DNA of 64,000 bases from an uncultured cyanobacterium. GTDB lineage: Bacteria > Cyanobacteriota > Cyanobacteriia > Pseudanabaenales > Pseudanabaenaceae. The translations under genes were made by a program, and so were the position numbers. Shown piece after piece: positions 1-10,524 of this stretch (position 1 is the stretch's first letter; every line of letters begins with the position of its first letter). Where the stretch lies: the NCBI GenBank assembly GCA_963703315.1, contig OY969811.1, forward strand, positions 3,264,001 to 3,328,000, given 5' to 3'. A model generated the notes under the pieces. It was not told where the DNA came from and searched no databases. It saw only the letters and a program-made list of their open reading frames with translations.

Positions 1-613
1 TCCGACTTAAACCTTGACAAGCTTTGACTAGCTGTTCCAAGGCTAAGTTCGACAAATTCAGTTTATTTGGTGAAATTTTTTGCTTGATTAAATATTCGAT
101 TTCGGCGATCGCTGGCAAAGGAAAATCAATTGCTGTAATTTCTTCGGTTAATTCAGACGGAATTTCTAAAGTATGACTAATTAGGGCAATTGTACGGCGA
201 TCAATTTTTAGATCTCGCGCCAAATTTTTTAGCTCACGGATGATCGGAATATTGCGATCATGATGAGGATATTTAAGAATGGGATGGAGATCTCGCAAGA
301 CATATAAAGTGTTATCACTATCCTTAGTGACCTTATCTCGCTGAGCAATTCTGGATAAAGCCGCCATTACTGAGCCTTTATCACTACCATTGTCACTCCA
401 TCCTCGTGCAATGTCCCAAAATAAGATTTTGCGGCTAGGAGTAGATTGCAGAGACACTTCCACCAAAATTTCTTCGACAGGTTCTTCTTCAGCAGTAACC
501 ACATATATAAGTGGATATTTCGCACGTAGTAATAGATCAAACTGCTCTACCAGAGCTTGATAAACTCTGCTTTTAGTTAACGAGAGAGAATTTCCTGACA
601 AATGCGGCGACAT
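1..613 (-). CDS. Ycf46-like AAA+ ATPase, N-terminal part (runs off window)
   Basis: Manual translation from ATG 613 gives MSPHLSG...EQFDLLLRAKYPLIYVVTAEEE...LRDLHP...RELKNLAR...IDFPLP...LVKACQGLSR, typical of the Ycf46-family N-terminus; not in ORF track. Confidence 0.8.
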   Translation of the reverse strand, partial: MSPHLSGNSLSLTKSRVYQALVEQFDLLLRAKYPLIYVVTAEEEPVEEILVEVSLQSTPSRKILFWDIARGWSDNGSDKGSVMAALSRIAQRDKVTKDSDNTLYVLRDLHPILKYPHHDRNIPIIRELKNLARDLKIDRRTIALISHTLEIPSELTEEITAIDFPLPAIAEIEYLIKQKISPNKLNLSNLALEQLVKACQGLSR

Positions 614-670
614 AACTCGCAGTATAGCAATAACTAAAGAGGCGCTTTGCGCCCCTTTGTTGTTTAGTCA

Positions 671-1699
671 TTATGCCGTTACAAGCACAGGTGCTTCGAG
701 CTTGGCTAATCTCTCAGTTAGCAACTCCTCTAGGGTGACAAGCGCTTGTGAGAAACCTTTGATTCCTTCATCAAGTTTCTCTGATGCCATGCGATCGCCT
801 TCGTGCATCGCATCAAAAGTAGCTTTATCCATTGAGATTTGGGCTATATCTGACTTAGCTGCGACTTCAGGATCAAGTTTGCGGACTAATTCTCCTTGAG
901 TATTTTGCAACTCATCAAGTAGTGCAGGAGAAATCGTCAATAAATCACAGCCTGCTAGCTCAACAATTTCACCCATATTGCGGAAACTTGCACCCATGAT
1001 TTCGGTTTTATAACCAAATTTTTTATAGTAGTTATAAATTCGAGAAACGGACAACACCCCTGGATCTTCGGTAGCAGGATAACTATCTCGACCTGTATCT
1101 TTTTTATGCCAATCAAGAATCCGTCCCACAAAAGGCGAAATTAGTTTGACTCCTGCTTCTGCACAGGCGATCGCTTGGTGCAGTCCAAACAGCAAAGTCA
1201 AATTGCAATGAATGCCTTCTTTTTCCAACGATTCAGCAGCCTTGATTCCTTCCCATGTCGCGGCAATTTTGATTAGTACGCGATCGCGCGAAATACCATG
1301 AGCTTCATATTGCGAAATTAGGTAATGTGCCTTTTCTAAGGTTGCTTCGGTGTTGTAGGACAAACGCGCATCCACTTCAGTCGAGACACGCCCAGGGATA
1401 GTTTGCAAAATCCTCATACCAAAAGCGATCGCCAAGCGATCAAAGGCTAAGGAAACTACTTGGGCAGGTGGGGCATTATTTCCTAATTCCTGTCTAGCTT
1501 CTAAAAGTGTTTCATCTACAATTTCTTGATACTGGGGCATCTGTGCCGCCGCCGTGATCAACGATGGGTTTGTAGTAGCATCTTGGGGTTTGACTAATTC
1601 AATTGCGTGAATATCTCCTGTATCCGCTACAACTACGGTCATCTTACGCAACTGCTCGAGAAAGCTTTGGGGCAAATCATTAGGCATAACATCCTCCAT
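671..1699 (-). CDS. tal: Transaldolase
   Basis: [48 protein letters not shown] motifs. Confidence 0.97.
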   Translation of the reverse strand: MEDVMPNDLPQSFLEQLRKMTVVVADTGDIHAIELVKPQDATTNPSLITAAAQMPQYQEIVDETLLEARQELGNNAPPAQVVSLAFDRLAIAFGMRILQTIPGRVSTEVDARLSYNTEATLEKAHYLISQYEAHGISRDRVLIKIAATWEGIKAAESLEKEGIHCNLTLLFGLHQAIACAEAGVKLISPFVGRILDWHKKDTGRDSYPATEDPGVLSVSRIYNYYKKFGYKTEIMGASFRNMGEIVELAGCDLLTISPALLDELQNTQGELVRKLDPEVAAKSDIAQISMDKATFDAMHEGDRMASEKLDEGIKGFSQALVTLEELLTERLAKLEAPVLVTA

Positions 1700-1999
1700 A
1701 GTATCGGTTATTACTGATATACCGACTACCTTTGCTAGCCAATCATAGCCTCAACTATTTTGATACCCCACAACCTTCATAGTAATTACAAGATTGCAAA
1801 CAATCCTCTGTACCTAAACATAACTAGCGATCGCTGTAATTTTCTATGCAATTGATATGAACAAACCTATGCTTATGAACTAAAACCTCATTGTAGATAA
1901 AGTTTTGTTAAGAGATATTGATCGTTTATTGACTTGATCTATTCAATTCAATTGTCCAAGTTTATTGCAGTGTAAAGAGTTGAGCAAATTAGTGTCATT

Positions 2000-2050
2000 C
2001 TAAACAATTGTTACAAAGACTCTAGCGCGTCACAAACGTAAATCTATAAT
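2000..2050 (+). promoter_or_regulatory. Putative psaA promoter: TATAAT -10 with an upstream HLR1 (RpaB)-like half site
   Basis: TATAAT at 2045-2050; GTTACAAA at 2010-2017 with a degenerate partner 10 bp upstream. Confidence 0.45.
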
Positions 2051-2061
2051 TACGACATCGT

Positions 2062-2129
2062 GGCTTAGGTTCTCTTATTAAAGCAGTACTTATCTCATTC
2101 ATAGATTCAGCACTATGAGAGAACTAGCC
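2062..2129 (+). ncRNA. Structured psaA 5' UTR (psaA RNA motif-like stem-loop)
   Basis: GGCTTAGGTTCTCTTA pairs with TGAGAGAACTAGCC, between the -10 box and the psaA start. Confidence 0.55.
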
Positions 2130-2179
2130 TACATCGTTTAATCTACTTTGTCTTAACAGTCTGAGAGAGGAAAATTTTC

Positions 2180-4435
2180 ATGACAATGACTCCTCAAAAG
2201 CCAGACACAGAGGTAAAGGTATCGGTTGACCGTGACGTAGTACCTACTTCCTTCGAGAAGTGGGGACAACCTGGTCACTTCGATCGCACCCTAAAGAAGG
2301 GACCAAAGACAACCACATGGATTTGGGATCTTCATGCCAATGTGCATGACTTTGACAGTTTCACAACCGAAGAAGATACTGCCCGTAAGATCTTCTCTGC
2401 TCACTTTGGGCATCTAGGTATTGTATTTATCTGGCTTAGTGGTATGTACTACCACGGAGCAAAATTCTCTAACTACACCGCTTGGTTGTCTGATCCTGTC
2501 AGCATCAAGCCCAGCGCCCAAGTGGTCTGGAATGTCTTCGGTCAAGATATCTTGAACGGCGATGTTGGCGGTGGTTTCCAAGGTATTCAAATCACTTCTG
2601 GTTTGTTCCACCTTTGGAGAGCATCTGGTATCACCACCGAGTATCAACTCCTCTGCACCGCAATTGGCGGTTTGGTGATGGCAGGTTTGATGTTCTTCGC
2701 TGGTTGGTTCCACTACCACAAGTCTGCTCCTAAACTCGAATGGTTTAAGAATGCTGAATCGATGATGAACCACCACTTGGCTGGTTTGTTCGGTTTAGGT
2801 TCACTCGCATGGGCTGGACATCAGATTCACGTTTCGATTCCTATCAACTATTACCTTGATAAGGGCGTTCCTGCGAGTCAGATTCCTTTGCCTCATGAGT
2901 TTATCTTCAACCCTTCGTTGATGTCAGATATTTTCCCTAGTTTTGCACAAGGTTTGACACCTTTCTTTACCTTGAACTGGGGCGCTTATGCTGACTTCTT
3001 GACCTTTAAGGGTGGATTGAATCCTCAAACTGGTTCTTTGTGGCTCACTGACCAAGCACACCATCACTTAGCCCTTGCGGTTATGTTCATCGTGGCAGGT
3101 CATATGTACCGCACCAACTGGGGCATCGGTCATAGCATGAAAGAAATGCTCGAAGCTCACAGTGGCGATACCGTGATGTTTGGTAGCCATAAGGGTCTTT
3201 ACGAAATTTTGACCAGCTCTTGGCACGCTCAACTAGCAGTTAACCTAGCGATCGGCGGTTCTGTAAGCATCATCGTTGCTCAGCATATGTACGCGATGCC
3301 TGCTTATCCTTACATTGCAATTGACTACGCAACTCAAGTATCTCTATTCACACATCATATGTGGATTGGTGGATTCATGATTTGCGGTGCTGCTGCTCAC
3401 GCTGGCATTTTCATGGTGCGTGATTACAACCCTTCGCAAAACGTTGATAACGCTTTGGATCGGATGCTTCGCGCTCGTGATGCAATTATTTCTCACCTTA
3501 ACTGGGTATGTATCTTCCTTGGCTTCCACAGCTTCGGTCTTTACATCCACAACGACACTATGCGTGCATTGGGTCGTCCTCAAGATATGTTCTCCGACAC
3601 TGCAATTCAGTTGAAGCCTGTCTTCGCTAACTGGATTCAAGGCATCCATGCTGCTGCTGCTGGTGCAACTGCTCCCTATGCTTCTGCTGGTGTTAGCCCC
3701 ATTTTTGGTGGCGATACTGTAGTTGTTGGTGGTAAAGTTGCTGCTGCTCACATGGCTCTTGGTACGGCTGACTTCTTGGTACACCACATCCATGCGTTCA
3801 CCATTCACGTTACTGTCTTAATCTTGCTGAAAGGCGTGCTTTATGCTCGTAGCTCTCGCTTGATTCCAGACAAAGCTGAACTCGGTTTCCGCTTCCCTTG
3901 CGACGGTCCTGGTCGTGGCGGCACTTGTCAAGTTTCGGCATGGGATCACGTATTCCTAGGTCTTTTCTGGATGTACAACTGTATTTCTGTTGTCATCTTC
4001 CACTTCTCTTGGAAAATGCAGTCCGATATTTTTGGTACTGTCGATGCTGGCGGTACGATCACCAACATGGCTGGCGGTAACTTTGCACAGAGTGCATTGA
4101 CCATCAATGGTTGGTTACGTGACTTCTTGTGGGCGCAAGCTTCCAACGTTATTCAATCCTACGGTTCGGCATTGTCGGCTTATGGTTTGATCTTCTTGGG
4201 CGCTCACTTCATCTGGGCATTCAGCCTGATGTTCCTGTTCAGTGGTCGTGGCTACTGGCAAGAATTGATCGAGTCAATTGTTTGGGCACACAATAAGCTC
4301 AACGTTGCTCCTGCTATTTCTCCTCGCGCTTTGAGCATCACTCAAGGTCGTGCTGTGGGTCTAGCTCACTACCTATTAGGTGGAATTGCCACAACTTGGG
4401 CATTCTTCCTAGCCCGTTACGGTGCACTTGGCTAA
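2180..4435 (+). CDS. psaA: Photosystem I P700 apoprotein A1
   Basis: [14 protein letters not shown] loop, [12 protein letters not shown]700 His in [10 protein letters not shown]0 Met in SLMFLF. Confidence 0.99.
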   Translation: MTMTPQKPDTEVKVSVDRDVVPTSFEKWGQPGHFDRTLKKGPKTTTWIWDLHANVHDFDSFTTEEDTARKIFSAHFGHLGIVFIWLSGMYYHGAKFSNYTAWLSDPVSIKPSAQVVWNVFGQDILNGDVGGGFQGIQITSGLFHLWRASGITTEYQLLCTAIGGLVMAGLMFFAGWFHYHKSAPKLEWFKNAESMMNHHLAGLFGLGSLAWAGHQIHVSIPINYYLDKGVPASQIPLPHEFIFNPSLMSDIFPSFAQGLTPFFTLNWGAYADFLTFKGGLNPQTGSLWLTDQAHHHLALAVMFIVAGHMYRTNWGIGHSMKEMLEAHSGDTVMFGSHKGLYEILTSSWHAQLAVNLAIGGSVSIIVAQHMYAMPAYPYIAIDYATQVSLFTHHMWIGGFMICGAAAHAGIFMVRDYNPSQNVDNALDRMLRARDAIISHLNWVCIFLGFHSFGLYIHNDTMRALGRPQDMFSDTAIQLKPVFANWIQGIHAAAAGATAPYASAGVSPIFGGDTVVVGGKVAAAHMALGTADFLVHHIHAFTIHVTVLILLKGVLYARSSRLIPDKAELGFRFPCDGPGRGGTCQVSAWDHVFLGLFWMYNCISVVIFHFSWKMQSDIFGTVDAGGTITNMAGGNFAQSALTINGWLRDFLWAQASNVIQSYGSALSAYGLIFLGAHFIWAFSLMFLFSGRGYWQELIESIVWAHNKLNVAPAISPRALSITQGRAVGLAHYLLGGIATTWAFFLARYGALG

Positions 4436-4460
4436 TAATAACGGAGAAATTGAAGTAATT

Positions 4461-6689
4461 ATGGCAACGAAATTTCCTAAGTTTAGCCAGGCTCTCGCAC
4501 AGGATCCAACAACCCGTCGGATCTGGTATGCGATCGCCACAGCGAACGATTTTGAAAGTCACGATGGTGTTACTGAAGAAAGTCTTTACCAAAAGATTTT
4601 TGCTTCTCACTTCGGACATTTGGCAATCATCTTCCTGTGGACATCTGGCAACCTGTTTCACGTAGCGTGGCAGGGTAACTTCGAGCAATGGATTAAGAAT
4701 CCTCTCACTACACGTCCGATCGCCCATGCGATTTGGGACCCTCACTTCGGTAAGGCAGCAGTTGAAGCGTTTACTCAAACTGACGCTGCTGGTCCTGTAA
4801 ATATCGCTCTCTCTGGTGTTTACCACTGGTGGTACACCATCGGTATGCGTACCAACGCTGAACTGTTTGCTGGCGCAATCTGGATGCTAGTATTTGCTGC
4901 GGTTCTGCTATTTGCAGGCTGGTTGCACCTACAACCCAGCTTCCGTCCTAGCCTCTCTTGGTTCAAGAATGCTGAGTCTCGCCTCAATCACCACTTGGCT
5001 GGTTTGTTTGGCGCAAGCTCCTTGGCATGGACTGGTCACATGGTTCACGTGGCGATTCCTGAATCTCGCGGTGTTCATGTCGGTTGGGATAACTTCTTGA
5101 GCGTTCCTCCTCATCCAGCAGGTCTTGCACCTTTCTTCACTGGTAATTGGGGCGTATATGCTCAGAATCCTGATACCGCAGGTCATGTGTTTGGTTCTGC
5201 TCAAGGTGCTGGTACTGCAATCCTCACCTTCCTTGGTGGTTTCCATCCTCAAACCGAGTCTCTTTGGTTGACTGACATTGCTCATCACCACTTGGCGATC
5301 GCAGTTTTGTTCATCGTTGCTGGTCATATGTACCGTACCAACTTTGGTATCGGTCATAGCATCAAAGAAATCTTGGCTGCTCACAATCCTCCTAAGGGTA
5401 CTCCTTTCGGTGGTGCGTTAGGCGATGGTCACAAGGGTTTGTATGACACCGTCAACAACTCCTTGCATTTCCAACTCGGCTTAGCTCTTGCTTCTTTGGG
5501 TGTAATCACCTCCTTAGTTGCTCAGCACATGTACTCGATGCCTTCCTATGCGTTCATCGCTAAGGACTTCACCACTCAAGCTGCTCTATATACTCATCAC
5601 CAATATATTGCTGGTTTCTTGATGGTTGGTGCATTTGCTCACGGTGCGATCTTCTTTGTTCGTGACTATGATCCCGAAGCTAACAAGAACAACGTGCTTG
5701 CACGTATGCTTGAGCATAAAGAAGCAATCATCTCTCACTTAAGCTGGGTATCTCTCTTCTTAGGTTTCCACACCCTCGGTATCTACGTTCACAACGACGT
5801 AATGCAAGCGTTTGGTACTCCTGAAAAGCAAATCTTGATCGAGCCTGTATTCGCTCAGTGGATTCAAGCTGCTCATGGTAAAGCACTGTATGGATTTGAT
5901 GTCCTACTGTCTAATGCCAACAGCATTGCTTCAACCGCTTATCCAAATAGCGGCAACGTTTGGCTACCTGGTTGGTTAGCTGGTATTAACTCTGGTGACA
6001 ACTCTTTGTTCCTCACCATTGGACCTGGTGACTTCTTGGTACACCATGCGATCGCTCTAGGTCTACACACCACCACCTTGATCTTGGTTAAGGGCGCGTT
6101 GGATGCTCGTGGATCTAAGCTGATGCCAGACAAAAAAGACTTCGGCTACAGCTTCCCTTGCGACGGTCCTGGTCGTGGCGGTACTTGCGATATCTCAGCA
6201 TGGGATTCCTTCTACCTCGCGATGTTCTGGATGTTGAACACCATCGGTTGGACAACCTTCTACTGGCATTGGAAACACCTAGGTGTATGGCAAGGTAACG
6301 TTGCTCAGTTCAACGAATCCTCTGTCACCATCATGGGCTGGCTCCGTGACTACCTATGGCTCAACTCTGCACAGTTGATCAACGGCTATAACCCCTATGG
6401 CATGAACAATATCTCTGTTTGGGCTTGGATGTTCCTCTTCGGACACCTAGTTTGGGCAACTGGATTCATGTTCTTGATCTCTTGGCGTGGTTACTGGCAA
6501 GAGTTGATCGAAACCCTTGTATGGGCGCACCAACGCACTCCTCTTGCAAGTTTGGTTCAGTGGAAAGACAAGCCTGTGGCTCTCTCCATCGTTCAAGCTC
6601 GTTTGGTTGGATTGGCTCACTTCACGATTGGCTACATCGTCACGTATGCAGCCTTCCTGATTGCGTCTACCACAACAGCTTTCGGTTAA
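4461..6689 (+). CDS. psaB: Photosystem I P700 apoprotein A2
   Basis: [22 protein letters not shown] start at ATG 4461; [18 protein letters not shown]. Confidence 0.99.
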   Translation: MATKFPKFSQALAQDPTTRRIWYAIATANDFESHDGVTEESLYQKIFASHFGHLAIIFLWTSGNLFHVAWQGNFEQWIKNPLTTRPIAHAIWDPHFGKAAVEAFTQTDAAGPVNIALSGVYHWWYTIGMRTNAELFAGAIWMLVFAAVLLFAGWLHLQPSFRPSLSWFKNAESRLNHHLAGLFGASSLAWTGHMVHVAIPESRGVHVGWDNFLSVPPHPAGLAPFFTGNWGVYAQNPDTAGHVFGSAQGAGTAILTFLGGFHPQTESLWLTDIAHHHLAIAVLFIVAGHMYRTNFGIGHSIKEILAAHNPPKGTPFGGALGDGHKGLYDTVNNSLHFQLGLALASLGVITSLVAQHMYSMPSYAFIAKDFTTQAALYTHHQYIAGFLMVGAFAHGAIFFVRDYDPEANKNNVLARMLEHKEAIISHLSWVSLFLGFHTLGIYVHNDVMQAFGTPEKQILIEPVFAQWIQAAHGKALYGFDVLLSNANSIASTAYPNSGNVWLPGWLAGINSGDNSLFLTIGPGDFLVHHAIALGLHTTTLILVKGALDARGSKLMPDKKDFGYSFPCDGPGRGGTCDISAWDSFYLAMFWMLNTIGWTTFYWHWKHLGVWQGNVAQFNESSVTIMGWLRDYLWLNSAQLINGYNPYGMNNISVWAWMFLFGHLVWATGFMFLISWRGYWQELIETLVWAHQRTPLASLVQWKDKPVALSIVQARLVGLAHFTIGYIVTYAAFLIASTTTAFG

Positions 6690-6711
6690 TCTAGCTTGCT
6701 AGTTAGCTAAT

Positions 6712-6745
6712 AAAAAATCCCTCACAGCAATGTGGGGGATTTTTT
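6712..6745 (+). terminator. Rho-independent terminator after psaB
   Basis: AAAAAATCCCTCACA-GCAA-TGTGGGGGATTTTTT hairpin with T tract. Confidence 0.85.
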
Positions 6746-6951
6746 GTTTTTAGATGTTTTTATAGATTATGCTTATAATTTTCATTAAATATCTTCCTGC
6801 TATTGATGATCTAATTTCTCTGTCATCAAGTAACTCTCCTACTGTAGCCATTGGTTACATCTCTAAAAATATATAGGTGATGCTGCTTTTTGGTATATTT
6901 TTTAGGTGTTTATTCTTCCAATATTTGTCCAATCAGATATTCAAAAAGCAT

Positions 6952-7167
6952 TTAGTTGTACTCTCCAGGAATATCAGTTTTTCTAACAGTAATCTTGCCA
7001 ACTTTCTTGCCTGACATTCTCAATAATTCATCACCTGAAAATTCAAAACCAAGCTTTAGTGCTATTCGCGCAACATCATCCGCAGTTGATGCTGCGATCA
7101 CCTCGTTTTTAAGTTCAGGTTCAGACTGCATTTTCTTTAAAAATGCTTCGATTTGCTCAAAAGCCAT
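6952..7167 (-). CDS. Nif11-like leader peptide domain protein
   Basis: EQIEAFLKKMQSEPELKNEV...DDVARIALKLGFEFSGDEL matches the Nif11 pattern. Confidence 0.8.
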   Translation of the reverse strand: MAFEQIEAFLKKMQSEPELKNEVIAASTADDVARIALKLGFEFSGDELLRMSGKKVGKITVRKTDIPGEYN

Positions 7168-7355
7168 ATTTAAAATTCCTATTCTCGCTAATTACTCGTA
7201 ATACAAAGAAAAACAGAAGTATATTCTTTAAGACTAGCAGCACAAGGGTATCAAGATTCGGGGGAAAGATGATTATCTCGATGCGCTGCTCTTTATTCAT
7301 AATAGAGATAGCTACAGAATACGTGTAAAAACCTGCAAGATCGCGCTCAAACACT

Positions 7356-7530
7356 TAAAGCGTATTTGAGAAGTTAAGCGAGGCTTTTGAAAAGAATATG
7401 AATCATGCCCACATAGAAAAAAGCCTCAACGGTCACGAATTTGGTTGATTTTTTCTAAAAGCATGGTTACCCCCTTACGGTCATCGAGATTCGCCGCAGT
7501 AACTACCACCATCCTTTTTGCACCTTTATT
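7356..7530 (-). mobile_element. Internally deleted IS5-family transposase remnant with one terminal repeat
   Basis: Minus-strand fragments VVVTAANLDDRKGVTMLL and EAFFYVGMIHILFKSLA* resemble IS5 DDE core and C-terminal segments; end TAAAGCGTATTTGAGAAGT resembles an IS5/IS1031-type IR. Confidence 0.65.
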
Positions 7531-7788
7531 TATTGCCAAAAAATTCTCAACCACACTCTAATGGCAGTCAGCAAATAGAGTTTTGATATACCTAATTCCG
7601 TCTGTCTGCACCTTTTGAAACTTGATGTAGTAGTAATTCCCAGAGATTTATTTAATGAATCACGAATATTCCAAAGCATTAGAACTTTCTTACCTTGCTT
7701 GGTTGGCATATAGCACCGAACTATCCGAAATCCATGAGAAGCTAAGCTGCATTTCACAGGTAAAGTTTATAAATTTGATGCTTCTCAA

Positions 7789-9552
7789 ATGAATATTCAG
7801 AAACAGCAAGCTGAATTTTTGAAAATCTTGCTAGAGAAGCCAGATCACGGTGCTGCTTTTGCCGAAATCAGCAGTAGCCTTATCAAAATCTTTCAATTTC
7901 AAGGGAATATTCAAGCTTTAGTAACTGAAAGTATTGGAGGTTATCTCGGAAAAATTGCTGAAACATTACTGATTGAACATGATATCTTAAGGTATATTCA
8001 AGCTCTAGATAGCGAAAAAACCTTAACTCAATCAGTTTTTGCTAAACCTGAACCTGATATCAAAACTGAGATACAAGCAATTAGCTTAGTAGAAAATAAA
8101 GATATGTTCAATAAAAACTTGTTGAAAAAGATTGCTAAAGGTGCGGTTCAAGCGGGTGAGGAGATTGTAAAGGAAACTGCTCATGTTGGTGGTGCAATTG
8201 TTGATATGACTAATCTCTCTGAATCCGTTGATAATTCTCAACCGCAAGACGAAGTTTCTACAACGGATGCTGCAATTACGGTAACTACTGACAAGCCGCA
8301 AACAGGGAATTGGTGGGATGGGGCATTTGGTGCAGTCGCAGGAGCCGCAGGTGCAGTTGGTAATGCAGCTAGTGCGGTTGGAGGCACAGTTGCAGGGGCG
8401 GCTGGATCGGTTGGAAATGCTGTAGGTGGTGCGGCTGGTGTTGTTGGTGGCACGGTTGCGGGTGCTGCGGGAAATGTTGGCGGGGCGATCGTTAGTGCGG
8501 GCAGTGCAGTTGGAGGTGTAGCTGGATCTGTCGGTAGTGCAGTCGGTGGAGCAGCAGTAGCAACCGCAGGAGCAGTTGGTGGTGCTGTCGGTGCATTTAC
8601 GCAAACAGTTGGTGGGGCTGTCGTTGGTGGAATTTCATCAGCAACTAGTAGCGCAGGATCTGCGATCGAGACTGTTGGTAATAGCCCTCTAATTCGGAAA
8701 GCTGCTAAGGTCTTTAATGCTGATTGGTTTCTGAAAATAATAGATCAGGTAGATGCTGTCGCATCAGAAGCAGAGGTACAGCGCTTAAAACAACAATATC
8801 CCAATGAGTCAGCCTATCAAATTGCCCAGAGAATCATTGGACAAAAAGCCGTGTTTGCTGGTGCGTCTGGATTTGCTACCACGATTGTCCCTGGTTCTGC
8901 CGCCGCATTGTTTGCAGTTGATCTGGCTGCGACAACTTCTCTCCAAGCTGAGATGGTTTATCAAATTGCTTGTGCCTATGGAATGGATCTTAAAGACCCC
9001 GCTAGAAAAGGAGAAGTTGTTGCAGTATTCGGGTTAGCTTTTGGGGGCAAAATGGCAATCAAAGCAGGATTAGGACTGTTACGAAATATTCCCGTTGCAG
9101 GAGCCGTGATTGCTGCCAGTTCTGATGCCGTAATGCTTTATACACTTGGTCAAGCGAGTTGTTCTTTTTATGAGGCTAAACTAAACCCTGTCAACTTTGA
9201 AGAAAAATTAGCAGATATTCAAAAAGATAGTGAAGAACGTTTAAAAAGTGCCATTCCCCAAGAACAGATCATCGATCAAATTCTCGTTCATGTGATCTTG
9301 GCAGGTAATCAAGGCAAAAGTAAAGAAAGTGTTTTGGCTGACTTGAAATCGGCAAATCTCAGACCCGAATCGATTGATGCGATCGCCGAGTATATGGATG
9401 CACCACTTCCCCTTGAAGCTTTACTAAAGGATATCAAGCCAGAGTATGCGTTATCTTTGTTTGCCCAATGTCAGAAATTTGCGATGTTAGATGGCATCAT
9501 GACTCCTGAAGAAGCACAAGTGATTGAGATGATTCATCAGAAATTCAGTTAA
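7789..9552 (+). CDS. EcsC-family protein with Gly/Ala-rich repeat region and TerB-like C-terminus
   Basis: VDLAATTSLQAEMVYQIACAYGMD and LRNIPVAGAVIAA EcsC-like motifs; long G/A/V repeats; DGIMTPEEAQVI tail. Confidence 0.7.
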   Translation: MNIQKQQAEFLKILLEKPDHGAAFAEISSSLIKIFQFQGNIQALVTESIGGYLGKIAETLLIEHDILRYIQALDSEKTLTQSVFAKPEPDIKTEIQAISLVENKDMFNKNLLKKIAKGAVQAGEEIVKETAHVGGAIVDMTNLSESVDNSQPQDEVSTTDAAITVTTDKPQTGNWWDGAFGAVAGAAGAVGNAASAVGGTVAGAAGSVGNAVGGAAGVVGGTVAGAAGNVGGAIVSAGSAVGGVAGSVGSAVGGAAVATAGAVGGAVGAFTQTVGGAVVGGISSATSSAGSAIETVGNSPLIRKAAKVFNADWFLKIIDQVDAVASEAEVQRLKQQYPNESAYQIAQRIIGQKAVFAGASGFATTIVPGSAAALFAVDLAATTSLQAEMVYQIACAYGMDLKDPARKGEVVAVFGLAFGGKMAIKAGLGLLRNIPVAGAVIAASSDAVMLYTLGQASCSFYEAKLNPVNFEEKLADIQKDSEERLKSAIPQEQIIDQILVHVILAGNQGKSKESVLADLKSANLRPESIDAIAEYMDAPLPLEALLKDIKPEYALSLFAQCQKFAMLDGIMTPEEAQVIEMIHQKFS

Positions 9553-9663
9553 TAATGAATCCTTTATCACTTGGATGTATAGTCACGCAGAATTAACTCT
9601 TCTGAAAATAAAGCTTTCAATTTACAAACTATCGAGCAATCAGTTGATATGGCAATCACGATT

Positions 9664-9692
9664 ATGGACAAATTGTCTATTTTGTCTATAAT
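9664..9692 (+). promoter_or_regulatory. Toxin-antitoxin operon promoter and operator
   Basis: Inverted repeat TGGACAA-A-TTGTCTA, direct repeat TTGTCTAT x2, and TATAAT directly upstream of the antitoxin. Confidence 0.55.
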
Positions 9693-9713
9693 GTAAGAAA
9701 AAGAGCTAAAGCT

Positions 9714-9965
9714 ATGCAAATTGTTTCAGCAACAGAAGCCAAACAATCTTTTGGTGCAGTCATCGACAAAGCCCAGCGCGAACCTGTGATGATCCGCAAA
9801 CAGCATCGTGATGTCGCTGTGATTATGTCCATCGAAGACTATCAACGCATTACCCGCATTAACATTCAAGAATTTCAAGAATTTAGAGATAACATTGGCA
9901 AAAAAGCTCAAAATCGTGGCTTAACAGAAGAAAAGCTAAATGAACTTTTGAATGATGATCAATAG
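9714..9965 (+). CDS. Phd/YefM-family antitoxin
   Basis: MQIVSATEAKQSFGAVIDKAQREPVMIRKQHRDVAVIMS Phd fold pattern; overlaps a PIN gene. Confidence 0.9.
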   Translation: MQIVSATEAKQSFGAVIDKAQREPVMIRKQHRDVAVIMSIEDYQRITRINIQEFQEFRDNIGKKAQNRGLTEEKLNELLNDDQ

Positions 9966-10380
9966 TTCTATGCGTTTAGTGCTGGATACAAGTGTCTTAG
10001 TCAGTGCAATTTTGTCTCCAAGCTCTATCTCAGCTAAAGTTTTGAATTGGGGAGAAGACAATGGCGTTATCTTATATTTTGACGCTACGCTCACTGAAGT
10101 TTTATCTGTTTTAGGACGCTCAAAATTTTCTAAATATATTGATCGTGACGATATTGATGGATTATCTATTCGCATCAAAACGGTATGGTTATTTGTCGAG
10201 ATTTTAAATCAAGTTCAATTATGTCGAGATCCGAAAGATGATAAGTTTATCGACCTAGCACTGAATGGCGATGCTTCACATCTGATCACTGGAGACAATG
10301 ATTTACTTGTATTGAACCAAATTGCAGATACTTCAGTAATCAATCCACGCACTTTTTGGGATGAGATCATAAATCTTTAA
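9952..10380 (+). CDS. PIN-domain toxin (VapC-like, TIGR00305 type); start may be ATG 9970
   Basis: RLVLDTSVLVSA, CRDPKDDKFIDLA, LITGDNDLL. Confidence 0.9.
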   Translation: MMINSSMRLVLDTSVLVSAILSPSSISAKVLNWGEDNGVILYFDATLTEVLSVLGRSKFSKYIDRDDIDGLSIRIKTVWLFVEILNQVQLCRDPKDDKFIDLALNGDASHLITGDNDLLVLNQIADTSVINPRTFWDEIINL

Positions 10381-10524
10381 AACAGAAGCAACCATGTTGA
10401 AATTAGGCGATCTCGTTTTTCAGTAGGGCGATCGCTACGTCAAAATACCCTGATGGCAGAAGTCAGGATTTAAATGTGCAAAGTATACTCTAAGGGATAA
10501 ACTCGATATCAAAATTTATAGCAG

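Noticed and set aside
1840..1950. Possible LysR-type T-N11-A boxes between tal and psaA
   Set aside because: Motif too degenerate in AT-rich DNA
2414..6694. Antisense and alternate-frame ORFs within psaA and psaB
   Set aside because: Shadow ORFs from strong codon bias; no motifs
6750..6851. 33-aa minus-strand ORF MATVGELLDDREIRSS...
   Set aside because: Too short, no recognisable motif; cannot be supported without a homology search
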